Shown here: positions 19,627 to 29,259 of the stretch, in pieces | How the letters are laid out: the number at the start of each line of letters is the position of its first letter | Position numbering within the stretch: the stretch's first letter is position 1 | Virus record (IMG/VR): IMGVR_UViG_3300030107_004423 | Location: 1 to 64,000 of that record | Length of the DNA stretch: 64,000 nt | Source: a virus | Strand: one strand, 5' to 3' | The notes under the pieces: model-generated | Database searches by the model: none | What the model was told of the DNA's origin: nothing | Seen by the model: only the letters and a program-made list of their open reading frames with translations | Made by a program: the position numbers and the translations under genes

Positions 19627-20346
19627 TTAAAATGTTCTATTGCTTGTATTTAATTCTGGATCTTGAGCTGATACAGAGCCCCTTGTCTTTATTGTCTCAG
19701 CTATATTCCATCTATATACTACTGTTATATTAGTATCATCCATATTATCAGGAGTTGTAAGTTTTACAGAATATATCTTTCCCTTTGTTAATGCATTAGT
19801 ACCTGAATCCATAGTACCTAATTTCATTTCATGTACTGTGTTTGCAGCCAAATCTACAATCTCTTGTTTTGTACAAACAGGAGACTTAGCTACAGGCAAT
19901 TCAGTGCCATCACTTTGCTCAAATATTTCGTATTTTAATGGAGTAGTACCATCCGATATAGCATTCTCTGATCTAAACAATATCTTCATTATATGACCAT
20001 TGTATGGAGCTAATAAAGTCAAATGTTCATTAGCACCTGTTAGTGCTGTTCCTTCTGAAGTAGTTTGACTACTTAAAGGAATATAAGCAGTAGTACCAGC
20101 TCTATTAAAATTACATGTATGTACTCCATAAGTATATATAGGTTTAATCATACCTCTATCTCTAGTCACTTTATTATAATTTCTTTTGTATATAGTATTT
20201 TCAACTCTAACATATTCAACTAAACCTTCTTTAGTTACTCTTAACTCTGGAACTCCAATAGATAAATCAGAAAGACTAGGAACTCCTCTTCTTATTACTA
20301 GTTTATCTTGCTTTCTTTTTAACTTATTTCTTAAAGTTTTATCCAT
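19627..20346 (-). CDS. Tail-associated structural protein (hypothetical)
   Basis: Coupled to the nozzle gene; beta-rich C-terminal domain. Confidence 0.5.
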   Translation of the reverse strand: MDKTLRNKLKRKQDKLVIRRGVPSLSDLSIGVPELRVTKEGLVEYVRVENTIYKRNYNKVTRDRGMIKPIYTYGVHTCNFNRAGTTAYIPLSSQTTSEGTALTGANEHLTLLAPYNGHIMKILFRSENAISDGTTPLKYEIFEQSDGTELPVAKSPVCTKQEIVDLAANTVHEMKLGTMDSGTNALTKGKIYSVKLTTPDNMDDTNITVVYRWNIAETIKTRGSVSAQDPELNTSNRTF

Positions 20347-23300
20347 TAAATATTTTTCAACCTGTAAACTATAGATATATCATGTATTTTAAATGTACTT
20401 GGAACTTTAACAGATCCAGATTCTATTTTAAATCTTATAGAATAAGCATTAGTTATTTTAGCAGAAGGCTTTAATACAGCTATATGATCTCCTGCAGCAC
20501 CTTCTAAATTACTATCAAATTGCAACCAACTACCAGTATTATTTACCATATAAACTACATCTGCATTTAAACTTGTACCTCCAGAATAAGCTATTATTAA
20601 TTTGTATATATTCTTTCTTACTCCTGGAAATCCTAAATCATAATCTTTTGTTCTTATATCTAAATCACCTACTATAACATGCTGAGAATCATCAGTCCAT
20701 TTAAAAACACTAGTATCACTAGTTGCTGTAGTGTTGCTAGTTTGAGTTATAAGCATTGTATTTGCACCATAAACTAGATCACTATTACCATCTACAACAA
20801 AATTAGTCTTATATGCATCTACAACTCTTGTTTCTTCTAATGATTGCTGAGATCCTCTTGTCCATGATTTACTTATTGTATCATAAATAAAGCATCTTGG
20901 GTCTGTTGTACTACCACTAGATATATCATCATAAACTATTATATGTGGACCTTTTGGAAAGAATCCTACCATAGGTGTTAATTCTGTTTCACCACTACCT
21001 GAATCTGATTTGTCTGCAACTAAAAAATCTTTCCATGTAGATAAGTCTATAACTCTTCCACCTTCTTCTCCTTCTTTGACAAATAAATCTTTTACATCTT
21101 CTCCATTATAATTAAATACTCCTAAATTATTTGCCCATGTAACTCCAAGAGAAGTTCTTGCTACACTAGCAGAATGCTTTACTCCCTTATACATAATAGT
21201 ATCTTCCATAGTGGTTTTACCATCTGCATCTATACTTAATATATGTAGCTTATTCTTTTTAAATTGTAATATTCTATCCCCATAAGATTCTAAATGTACT
21301 ACCTCATCTCCATCTTGGATAGAAGCTTCATCTATCATATTTGAAGTAAATACATCATACCTATTAGGCCTAGATTTAATCATAGCATCAGGCATTTGAG
21401 TTTCATTACCTTCTCTATCTTTTATAGTAACATTACCTATAACAACTCTTCTACCTAATATAGCTGCTGTTTTAAATTTTATTTCTAGATTTGGGTCTAC
21501 TATATCATAACCAGTATTATCTTCATATGTTATTAATTCTGAGGGAGTAAATAAAGGCTCAGTCTCAGTATATAAAACTTCAGGATTAGTTTGCTCGGCT
21601 CCATTTGAATATCCTATAGCATGTTGCCATCCTTTAGTTGCATAAGTACCAGTAGACATATCCTTTATGCCTTTGTATAAATCAACTTCAGCTTGTAAAT
21701 ACCAAGTACTTGTACCAGCTTCTCTCATATATATATTTACACCTGTAATTCTATCATTCCAATACTTCAATTCATTGACACCTGTATACACACGTATAGA
21801 TGCTTTATTACTAGTAAAGTTTCCATTCATTATATTGCCTAATTCATTACTAGTACCAAGACTTCCAGCTGTATCTCCATCGAAATTAAAGTGTGGATCT
21901 CCACTACTATTTTGAATAACATGCAAAGAAGATTCTTGTCCAGTAGGATTTTCATTATCATATATCAAACTATAAGCACAATTCCATACTCTATCCCATC
22001 CAGCTCCTTCGTCATTTTCAGTAGTATATAAAGCTATATCATCAGCATCTCCATTAGCACTATATAGCCTTACATGTATAGCATGTTTTTCAGAAGGCAC
22101 ACTTCCGTAATTTGTTGCAGTACTACTTCCACCTGATCCATCTAAATCTGTCCCTGGATGTGTATTGCCACCTGATCCTGTTGATCTTGCAAGTACTGTA
22201 AATTCTGAGCTATGATCATTAGTCAATAACTCAGAAGGCCCTTTTACTTCTGCATCACCAGTATGCCAACCTTCAATTTTATATGATTGATCTACAGGAT
22301 AAGGACTTCCACTTCCTTTATCTGTTGTATAATTAGTGCTAGATGCTGCGTGTCTATTCCCTGTATAATATCTTTCTTTATTTATGTATCCTAACCATTG
22401 TGTTGTATTAGAACCTGATGCATCTGAACATCTTATAGCTCCATCCATATTATAATATACATGCTTAGCACCTGCAGTAGATCCCATGTCTAATACATTT
22501 GTGGATGACCAACTACTTAAGCTGTTATCATCAAAATACTTACTATGAACAAAGCTATCTGCATCCCCACTTGCATCACCTAGTATTAAATAATCATCTG
22601 TAGTATTAGTTTGATCTACAATTCTTAAATCTAAAGCTTCCATTATAAAAGATGGTCCAAATGTCAATGTTTGATTTGAGTTCGTTGCTGTAGTATCTGC
22701 ACTTACTTTAAATAAAGTTGCACTTATTATTTTTATAATAGTGCTGCCTGCTGCTATTCCTGTACCACTAACTGTCATACCTACAGCTAAATTTGCTGTG
22801 CTGTCACATTGAACTACATGAGGATCACTTCCAAAAGTATCTTCAGAGCTTAAAGCTGAAGAATTAGTATCACAAGTAGCATCTGTAAATGAAGTGCTAG
22901 TTGCTGTTATTTTAAAATCACAACTACCATCATTAACATCAGCATGAGATGTAACTAATACTTGATGAGTTCCAGGGGTACTTTTTCCAGCTAAAGCTAC
23001 ATTATCAGCAGCAAAAAATCCTGCACCACCAGCTAATACTAATGTATCTATTGTTCCTGCTACTTGTCTTAATTGATATGTAAAGAGATATGTAACACCA
23101 CCAGTTGGTGTCTTTGTCCATTTACCATCTATATCTTGTACTATTGTATTAGCACTAGCATTATGTTGATATAATATTTGAGTAGAGCTCCTACTAAATC
23201 CATTAGCAACAACCCAATCAGTGCCATTATCAAAACTTGAATAGCTATTAATAAGCATATTTCCTATAGAAAGATTTGCATATCTTTTATCATGAGGAAA

Positions 23301-23786
23301 TCTATGTAAACCATATCCTGGATTTATAGTAACTGTTGGTACTGTAGAATTAGCACCTTGTAAAGTAGCTACAACTAAATCAGCTGTATTAGATGTACTG
23401 CCAGGATCAGTAAATCTTATAGCTTCATCTACAACATACCCATTGCCTGGATTTGCTATTTCAAATGTAGGAATACCAGAAACATTTGTTGTTACCTTTA
23501 CACGTAAGCCAACTCCACTACCACTAGTACTTGTTTGTAAAAATGCTGTATGAGTTTGACTAGCCTGCCAAAGCCCGCTAGGAGTTGGAGTCAAATCATC
23601 TACAGTAAGTACACCAGTATCGCTAGAGCTATGAGCAATAGTACCACCCATAGTTCTGATTGTACCTTTCCTATCTACCATTATATCATCAGCTTTATAT
23701 AATTCATTTTCAGCTAAATCTCTAATGTTAGTATGGGTATTTAATCCACCAGAAAAATCTATTTGCTTAAATATATCTTTAGGCAT
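20346..23786 (-). CDS. Tail nozzle/stabilisation protein (podovirus tail tubular B-like)
   Basis: N-terminal DFSGGLN; C-terminal RTKDYDLGFPGVRKNIYK...IHDISIVYR; position after the adaptors. Confidence 0.7.
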   Translation of the reverse strand: MPKDIFKQIDFSGGLNTHTNIRDLAENELYKADDIMVDRKGTIRTMGGTIAHSSSDTGVLTVDDLTPTPSGLWQASQTHTAFLQTSTSGSGVGLRVKVTTNVSGIPTFEIANPGNGYVVDEAIRFTDPGSTSNTADLVVATLQGANSTVPTVTINPGYGLHRFPHDKRYANLSIGNMLINSYSSFDNGTDWVVANGFSRSSTQILYQHNASANTIVQDIDGKWTKTPTGGVTYLFTYQLRQVAGTIDTLVLAGGAGFFAADNVALAGKSTPGTHQVLVTSHADVNDGSCDFKITATSTSFTDATCDTNSSALSSEDTFGSDPHVVQCDSTANLAVGMTVSGTGIAAGSTIIKIISATLFKVSADTTATNSNQTLTFGPSFIMEALDLRIVDQTNTTDDYLILGDASGDADSFVHSKYFDDNSLSSWSSTNVLDMGSTAGAKHVYYNMDGAIRCSDASGSNTTQWLGYINKERYYTGNRHAASSTNYTTDKGSGSPYPVDQSYKIEGWHTGDAEVKGPSELLTNDHSSEFTVLARSTGSGGNTHPGTDLDGSGGSSTATNYGSVPSEKHAIHVRLYSANGDADDIALYTTENDEGAGWDRVWNCAYSLIYDNENPTGQESSLHVIQNSSGDPHFNFDGDTAGSLGTSNELGNIMNGNFTSNKASIRVYTGVNELKYWNDRITGVNIYMREAGTSTWYLQAEVDLYKGIKDMSTGTYATKGWQHAIGYSNGAEQTNPEVLYTETEPLFTPSELITYEDNTGYDIVDPNLEIKFKTAAILGRRVVIGNVTIKDREGNETQMPDAMIKSRPNRYDVFTSNMIDEASIQDGDEVVHLESYGDRILQFKKNKLHILSIDADGKTTMEDTIMYKGVKHSASVARTSLGVTWANNLGVFNYNGEDVKDLFVKEGEEGGRVIDLSTWKDFLVADKSDSGSGETELTPMVGFFPKGPHIIVYDDISSGSTTDPRCFIYDTISKSWTRGSQQSLEETRVVDAYKTNFVVDGNSDLVYGANTMLITQTSNTTATSDTSVFKWTDDSQHVIVGDLDIRTKDYDLGFPGVRKNIYKLIIAYSGGTSLNADVVYMVNNTGSWLQFDSNLEGAAGDHIAVLKPSAKITNAYSIRFKIESGSVKVPSTFKIHDISIVYRLKNI

Positions 23787-23804
23787 TCTTCTTCCTTAAA
23801 ATTA

Positions 23805-23895
23805 TACTGGATGGGGTATATTCAACAATGATAGACCCACATGAACTTAAAGGAGTAGTGAACTTTTGCGGTTCAGTACATACCCCATACCAGTA
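23805..23895 (-). promoter_or_regulatory. Long inverted-repeat leader upstream of the nozzle gene
   Basis: tactgg-atggggtat / ataccccat-accagta enclosing ~60 nt. Confidence 0.5.
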
Positions 23896-23905
23896 ATATT
23901 TAAGT

Positions 23906-24085
23906 TTACTTGAGGATGACACCTTTAACCACAGCCTCAACTGATTCATAAATAGCTTCTATTATCTTTCCTTCAGTTTTTTCATTGATAATAGGTATAT
24001 TTATATTCTCATTTAACTCTTTAACCATTTTAGCTTTCATTTCATCATTAAAGATGTAGTTTGCTATCATATCCTTCATGTCCAT
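23906..24085 (-). CDS. Small hypothetical protein (59 aa, MDMKDMIANY...)
   Basis: aggag SD; open frame read manually. Confidence 0.7.
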   Translation of the reverse strand: MDMKDMIANYIFNDEMKAKMVKELNENINIPIINEKTEGKIIEAIYESVEAVVKGVILK

Positions 24086-24095
24086 TTAACTTCTC

Positions 24096-24200
24096 CTATT
24101 TGCTTGACCATTCTCGCCATTTAATCTTAACAGCTATATAGCATATCCATATAGGTATTGATATAAATATACTCTTCACTATAGCTATTAATAATTCCAT
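24096..24200 (-). CDS. Small membrane peptide (34 aa)
   Basis: MELLIAIVKSIFISIPIWICYIAVKIKW; TAATG coupling. Confidence 0.5.
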   Translation of the reverse strand: MELLIAIVKSIFISIPIWICYIAVKIKWREWSSK

Positions 24201-24430
24201 TATTGATTCTTCCAATATCTTTTTCTAGCCTTTGCTTCAAAATAATTATCAGTAGAATCTTCTGGAGCTAAGATGTATTTATCATTTATTAAATAAAAAT
24301 CATCTTCTTCCCAACTACACACTAATCCTTCACTATCGTAATGCTCTTCAATCCTTGGATACATACAATTTAATCCTTCACCAATAATAGTAAAGGATAT
24401 TGCATATGTAAGATAAGTAGTAAAATCCAT
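24200..24430 (-). CDS. Hypothetical protein with N-terminal hydrophobic segment
   Basis: Coupled ORF. Confidence 0.6.
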   Translation of the reverse strand: MDFTTYLTYAISFTIIGEGLNCMYPRIEEHYDSEGLVCSWEEDDFYLINDKYILAPEDSTDNYFEAKARKRYWKNQ

Positions 24431-24891
24431 TACTTTTTACCTCTTTTTAATGGTTTGTCGCTTCCCCATACTGCATCTTTATCAGTCTGTAATTCACACG
24501 TAGTTCCACCATCTCCACCAACTTCAACAACTTTATCATTTAATTTAACTTTCATTGGAGCTTTAGTTAAAACATAGTCCATTAATTTTTCTAGAGAATG
24601 GTTTGCAGCTTCATTAGCTTTAGCAGCATCTGATGGCTTTTCAGGTGGTGCAGTCATTTGTTGCAATACATTTATAAGACCTAAAGTAACAGTTGAAACT
24701 AAACCAGTAACTACAGCTAAAGCCTCAGACTTAAGGTAATAAGCAGAACCTACAAGAACTCCAACCATAATCATAATAGCTGGTACTGATTGTATTCCTA
24801 CATAATATCGTAGTGAATCAGCCATCATCCTTTTCTTAACTGCCCTCTCTTTTTTAATCTTATCTATTTCTTCTTTACTTAACTGAGCCAT
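24430..24891 (-). CDS. Membrane protein with 2 TM helices (holin-like candidate)
   Basis: Two hydrophobic helices after a basic N-terminus. Confidence 0.55.
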   Translation of the reverse strand: MAQLSKEEIDKIKKERAVKKRMMADSLRYYVGIQSVPAIMIMVGVLVGSAYYLKSEALAVVTGLVSTVTLGLINVLQQMTAPPEKPSDAAKANEAANHSLEKLMDYVLTKAPMKVKLNDKVVEVGGDGGTTCELQTDKDAVWGSDKPLKRGKK

Positions 24892-25666
24892 TTATCATTT
24901 CTCCCCATACGCTAGTTTTACCTTTTATTATTTCTACTACCTCTACTTTGAAATCACCATTCTTAAACCAATCAACTATAGCAAATGCATGATTCCAATT
25001 ATGTAAATTACCTTTAAGCCATGTATTAGCTTCTGACTTCATATCCTTTAAACATCCAAGACTCCATGCTGACTGAGTACCACCTAATCCAGTCTCTGTA
25101 AATCTCTGTAAATCATGTGTATGTCCATATATAATATTTTCCTTATACGCTGATAAATGCTTTTTAGCGTGATGTATAGGAACATAATCACCATGTGTAA
25201 AGTTTAATTTGCCTATTTTGAGCTTATTAGTGCTTATATAGGGCCAATACTCATAACCTCTATCATCTAGCCTTAAAGCCTTTTTAGTCTCATATTGCGG
25301 CAAATATGGATGTTTATGTACAAAGTTATCCAACCATACTTCATGATTACCTTGTATGAAATGCCTTTCAGTACAATTTACTTTATTCAAAGAGCTGTCT
25401 ATAATATCCATACCTTTGTTAACCTGTCTCACTTCTTTGTTTAACATTGGTATTAAAACTTCTAATGGAGGTTTTTCTTTGTGCCTCCAGTGATGCGGAC
25501 TGAATGTTTCCCATTCACCTGTATCACCTAAATCTATATAGATATCGGGTCCTACTAACTCTATTGCTTTACATACTACATTTATTGCTTTTTTATCGTG
25601 TAACGGGAAATGCTTATCTGGTGTAACTATAGCTCTTTTTATTACACCATTTTTAACATTAGGCAT
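24875..25666 (-). CDS. Calcineurin-like metallophosphoesterase
   Basis: DxH (PDKH), GD (DLGD), GNHE, HG and GHTH motifs. Confidence 0.9.
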   Translation of the reverse strand: MPNVKNGVIKRAIVTPDKHFPLHDKKAINVVCKAIELVGPDIYIDLGDTGEWETFSPHHWRHKEKPPLEVLIPMLNKEVRQVNKGMDIIDSSLNKVNCTERHFIQGNHEVWLDNFVHKHPYLPQYETKKALRLDDRGYEYWPYISTNKLKIGKLNFTHGDYVPIHHAKKHLSAYKENIIYGHTHDLQRFTETGLGGTQSAWSLGCLKDMKSEANTWLKGNLHNWNHAFAIVDWFKNGDFKVEVVEIIKGKTSVWGEMINGSVK

Positions 25667-25674
25667 ATAGCCTC

Positions 25675-25821
25675 CTATTTTATCTCTTTAAATATCTTTA
25701 TACACATATAGATAAATGTTGCAACCCCAACTAGTAAGCTTACCACTGGTGGTACCATTTCCATAAAAGATATCCAAAAACCTCCCATTCCAACTCCTGC
25801 TGTTCTTAATGTATCTGCCAT
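25675..25821 (-). CDS. Small membrane protein (48 aa), holin-like
   Basis: MADTLRTAGVGMGGFWISFMEMVPPVVSLLVGVATFIYMCIKIFKEIK. Confidence 0.6.
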   Translation of the reverse strand: MADTLRTAGVGMGGFWISFMEMVPPVVSLLVGVATFIYMCIKIFKEIK

Positions 25822-26954
25822 TATCTTATTCCTACTTTAGGAGCTTGTATTTGCCTTATAGTCTTAATTAAACTCCCATCGTACTTATCTATTTTCTTAT
25901 AAAATTCTTTCATATAATATTCTTTAGCCTTAAACTCTCCTTGATCTTCCATAGCCCTAGCTTTCATATAGCATATTATAGCTCTACAAAGATATGGTGG
26001 TAAATCTAAATCAAAGTCCTCATCTTCCATTACATTTACATCACTAACTAAATAACAATGATCTCTATATGCGCCATATATTAAAGCGCTAGAATTAGCA
26101 ACTGCTGTAGTGTTAGGACTAGTATCAACATATTCTTCTTCTACGCTTGTAATGCCTGCAGATTCATCTAATACTATAGGAACATAAACTTTATTTTTTA
26201 TATACATTTGATGTTCTTCTTCTTGAGATCCATCTCCAACATCTATTGAATGTACTTGCCATAATCCTGCATTTAAAGTTGTAGTATTGTATATATAAAT
26301 ATAATCACCAGCCTCAAATATATTACCAAGCCATATATTGCTAGCATTATTTGCATTAATCTTAGATAAAACAACTCCGCTTGTAGATAATGCTTCAGCT
26401 CCTATGTCTATATTAGAAGATCCTGTAACACCTGCTACTGTTTGGTTTACTTTTGTATAAGTTTGTATTAATCCGCCATTATCTACAGCTTGTACTTTAT
26501 GAATACCATTCCATCTTGTGCTGTTTTTAATAAGTATATTTTCATTTACTGCTACTGCGCTATAAGGAGAGGATCCCCAATTAGGAGCAGTAGAAAGATG
26601 ACTTCTAATAAATGAAAGGTATCCATCCTTTACAGTCCATCCATTTAACCAGAATTTATTAGACATATTTTTTAATTCATCGCTTACCCAATATGTAGGA
26701 GAATAAGCATATTCTATTTCTAAGCCATTTGTAATAGTCTCTAAAGGACTTTGCCATTCTTCAAAAGAACCTATAGAGCTACCACCACTACTTGGTATCC
26801 ATTGACCGCCAGCAGCTTCACAAGCATCTTTAGTTGTATGGCTTCCTACAGTACAATGAGCTACAGCTTTAAATCCAGAAGATGATCTACTTTCAGATTC
26901 TACTATAGCAAGTTTATTACCTCTTATATAATATGCATATTTTTTAAATGCCAT
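25821..26954 (-). CDS. Head-tail adaptor/ring protein, C-terminal-half-like, with a large insertion
   Basis: aggag SD before ATG 26954; YAYYIRGNKL, LEIEYAYSP, DLPPYLCRAIICY motifs. Confidence 0.55.
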   Translation of the reverse strand: MAFKKYAYYIRGNKLAIVESESRSSSGFKAVAHCTVGSHTTKDACEAAGGQWIPSSGGSSIGSFEEWQSPLETITNGLEIEYAYSPTYWVSDELKNMSNKFWLNGWTVKDGYLSFIRSHLSTAPNWGSSPYSAVAVNENILIKNSTRWNGIHKVQAVDNGGLIQTYTKVNQTVAGVTGSSNIDIGAEALSTSGVVLSKINANNASNIWLGNIFEAGDYIYIYNTTTLNAGLWQVHSIDVGDGSQEEEHQMYIKNKVYVPIVLDESAGITSVEEEYVDTSPNTTAVANSSALIYGAYRDHCYLVSDVNVMEDEDFDLDLPPYLCRAIICYMKARAMEDQGEFKAKEYYMKEFYKKIDKYDGSLIKTIRQIQAPKVGIR

Positions 26955-27225
26955 CATTATCTCCTCTAGCAGGCTTATAAATACTTCTAGGTATACTTTC
27001 GTATTCATTTTCTGAATTATTTTGATTTTTACATCTAATATCTATAATTTTAATAGCATTATGAGGTATATCATAATATCTTTGATCTTTTTTTAAATCT
27101 TGTCTTTCTACTTCAATATGGGTCTCGCTTTTTAAATTTATTTCTTCCAAAGCATCTTCAATATAAGCTATAGCTAGTCCAGTTTGATTCATACCAGCTC
27201 TTTCCATTAATTTTTGAACTTTCAT
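26944..27225 (-). CDS. Head-tail adaptor N-terminal-half-like protein
   Basis: IEDALEEIN...DQRYYDIP...IIDI pattern. Confidence 0.5.
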   Translation of the reverse strand: MKVQKLMERAGMNQTGLAIAYIEDALEEINLKSETHIEVERQDLKKDQRYYDIPHNAIKIIDIRCKNQNNSENEYESIPRSIYKPARGDNDGI

Positions 27226-27926
27226 TATCTACCGCCTCTTTGTTGTTTTTGTTGTGGAGGTTTTCCAAAAGAATTGCTATAGTCTGCTTTTAAAGATTCT
27301 AAATGAGTATTTAAAGTTCTTGCCAATTCACTATCTTCCTCTGTTATGTTAATTTCTGCAATCTTAGCTTCTATTGATCTTATAGCTGCAAAAGTAACTA
27401 CTAAATATACCATTTCTGCAGGAAAATACTTAACATCATCATGAGTATTATTTAAAGCTACACCATTACCATCTACTGGACTATTATTAATATAGTACAC
27501 TTCAATACCATTATTACTACTTGGAACAGGATATACATTTACAATACCAGTATCATCTAATACATAAGCAGGATGATATTGAGATGCATAATGTATGCTA
27601 TCTTTATCTACTACTCTTGATTGTAGAGCTACACTTACTTTTCTACACTCTCTCCATGCAGTAGATCCATCTGAACTTCCATCAGCTCCAGCTTCCCTTA
27701 AAACTGTAAGTATCTTTGCTCTACCTATTTCTATTCCTTGAGAATCACTTGCAGTTTTTCTTATAAAAAGATCAGCATCTTGAGGTCTTGATGCTATAAT
27801 TTTATTAGTAACATCTATAACACCATCTCTTAAGAATTGACTTAATTCTGTATTGTCTGGAGTAGTACCACTATCAGATATTGTTATTCCTGTTAAAGCT
27901 GATACTTGTGAATTAAAATTTGCCAT
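27225..27926 (-). CDS. Head-tail adaptor/ring protein
   Basis: LSQFLRDG...VNVYPVP...IEVYY...FPAEMVYLVV; position after the capsid genes. Confidence 0.6.
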   Translation of the reverse strand: MANFNSQVSALTGITISDSGTTPDNTELSQFLRDGVIDVTNKIIASRPQDADLFIRKTASDSQGIEIGRAKILTVLREAGADGSSDGSTAWRECRKVSVALQSRVVDKDSIHYASQYHPAYVLDDTGIVNVYPVPSSNNGIEVYYINNSPVDGNGVALNNTHDDVKYFPAEMVYLVVTFAAIRSIEAKIAEINITEEDSELARTLNTHLESLKADYSNSFGKPPQQKQQRGGR

Positions 27927-27940
27927 TTATCTCCTAAGGC

Positions 27941-27984
27941 GCCCGCCCTCCTAGAAGAACCCATATCATTCCAGGAGAGCGAGC
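27941..27984 (-). promoter_or_regulatory. 16-bp RNA hairpin after the capsid genes (terminator or processing site)
   Basis: gctcgctctcctggaa/ttctaggagggcgggc; G-U pairs favour the minus-strand RNA. Confidence 0.6.
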
Positions 27985-28015
27985 TTTTTAGTTTGTTAGT
28001 TAACTGTTATGCATC

Positions 28016-28612
28016 CTATGTTGTTGCAAATGCCCCTGTAGCCGCTGAACCACCATTACCTTGGTTGCCCCCTACGCATTCTACATGCCATTTACTACCA
28101 TTGAAAACAAACGTTAGTTTGGTGCCAATTCCCCAGCCGCCATTTGTAGCGCCTGTTAAATTCAAGAAATCGTCACCAGTTCCGTCTGCTATATCTATAG
28201 TATATCCAGCACCAGCAGCAACTGCTGTTTGCTTTAATACATATGATGTAGCAGCAAAGAACTCACCTGCTGTTCCATACTTATGAACTGCCGAATCAGC
28301 TAAAGCTGCGATATATAATACTACTATCTTATCGCCAACTGTAGAACTAGCAGCTGCAGGCAGTGTATATGCCGCAGCATCTGTATCATTTAGATGATAT
28401 GTTGTATTTGCTGCTAATGCTCCTGCAGCTGTTAATGCAGTTACGCTAGTATGAATACCAACACCTTTATTGATTTCATTAGCAGTAACTGTTAAATCAC
28501 TAACTACACCAAAATCAGTTTCTGATATTGTCGCAAGCTCTTTAACTTCATCATAGGTAATCTCAGAGTCTGAGTGACCAGCTAACCAGTATTTTCCTTT
28601 ACTTTGAGCCAT
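28016..28612 (-). CDS. Auxiliary capsid/decoration protein
   Basis: YTLPAAA motif; Gly/Ala/Thr-rich; follows the MCP. Confidence 0.55.
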   Translation of the reverse strand: MAQSKGKYWLAGHSDSEITYDEVKELATISETDFGVVSDLTVTANEINKGVGIHTSVTALTAAGALAANTTYHLNDTDAAAYTLPAAASSTVGDKIVVLYIAALADSAVHKYGTAGEFFAATSYVLKQTAVAAGAGYTIDIADGTGDDFLNLTGATNGGWGIGTKLTFVFNGSKWHVECVGGNQGNGGSAATGAFATT

Positions 28613-28626
28613 TGTCTACCTCCTTA

Positions 28627-29244
28627 TTATACTGTTGAGAATGCAAGTGAACCATTAACTGATCCGTCACCAAGTTCAACGCCTCTAAAAGCAGGTGTCC
28701 AAACGCCTTCTTCTTCGCAAAAGAAAGCCCATTCTGCACCAGTCATTGTTTGATTATTAGTTGCACTACCTGCATAAGTAAGAGTATTATTCCCAAATGC
28801 TATATTTACAATAGTGCCGCCTGCCATACCTACAGTTGGAGTATTGACAGAGTGGTAATTAGGAGACATTACAGTTCCTGCACCAGCTCCACCAGCAGCA
28901 ACATTCAAGTTCCCAGCTTTGAATGTTTCTCCTGAAGCGCATGATATAACGTGATTCTGACCGCCATCAAATTGAGCAGCATGTCTGTATACAGTCAATC
29001 CGCCTACTTTAGCAGCAGGAAGAGTTGTTGCAGCAGCACCTGTGTCAGCTACACCAAGAGACTCGCAGAGTTGACCATCAACTAATGTTATTCCACTTCT
29101 TGATTTGGCTTCTGTTGTATCAGCAGCTAATTGTATAGTTAGGTGTCCAAAATTCCAAGAATTTAAAGCAAGTTTATTTTCCCAAAACTTAGCACTAACC
29201 ATATGGCCATCAAATGAATTTTGTCCGTATAATGGATTTGCCAT
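28627..29244 (-). CDS. Auxiliary capsid/decoration protein
   Basis: MANPLYGQN start; TTLPAA motif; directly after the MCP. Confidence 0.55.
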   Translation of the reverse strand: MANPLYGQNSFDGHMVSAKFWENKLALNSWNFGHLTIQLAADTTEAKSRSGITLVDGQLCESLGVADTGAAATTLPAAKVGGLTVYRHAAQFDGGQNHVISCASGETFKAGNLNVAAGGAGAGTVMSPNYHSVNTPTVGMAGGTIVNIAFGNNTLTYAGSATNNQTMTGAEWAFFCEEEGVWTPAFRGVELGDGSVNGSLAFSTV

Positions 29245-29259
29245 TTTAAACCTCCTTTA

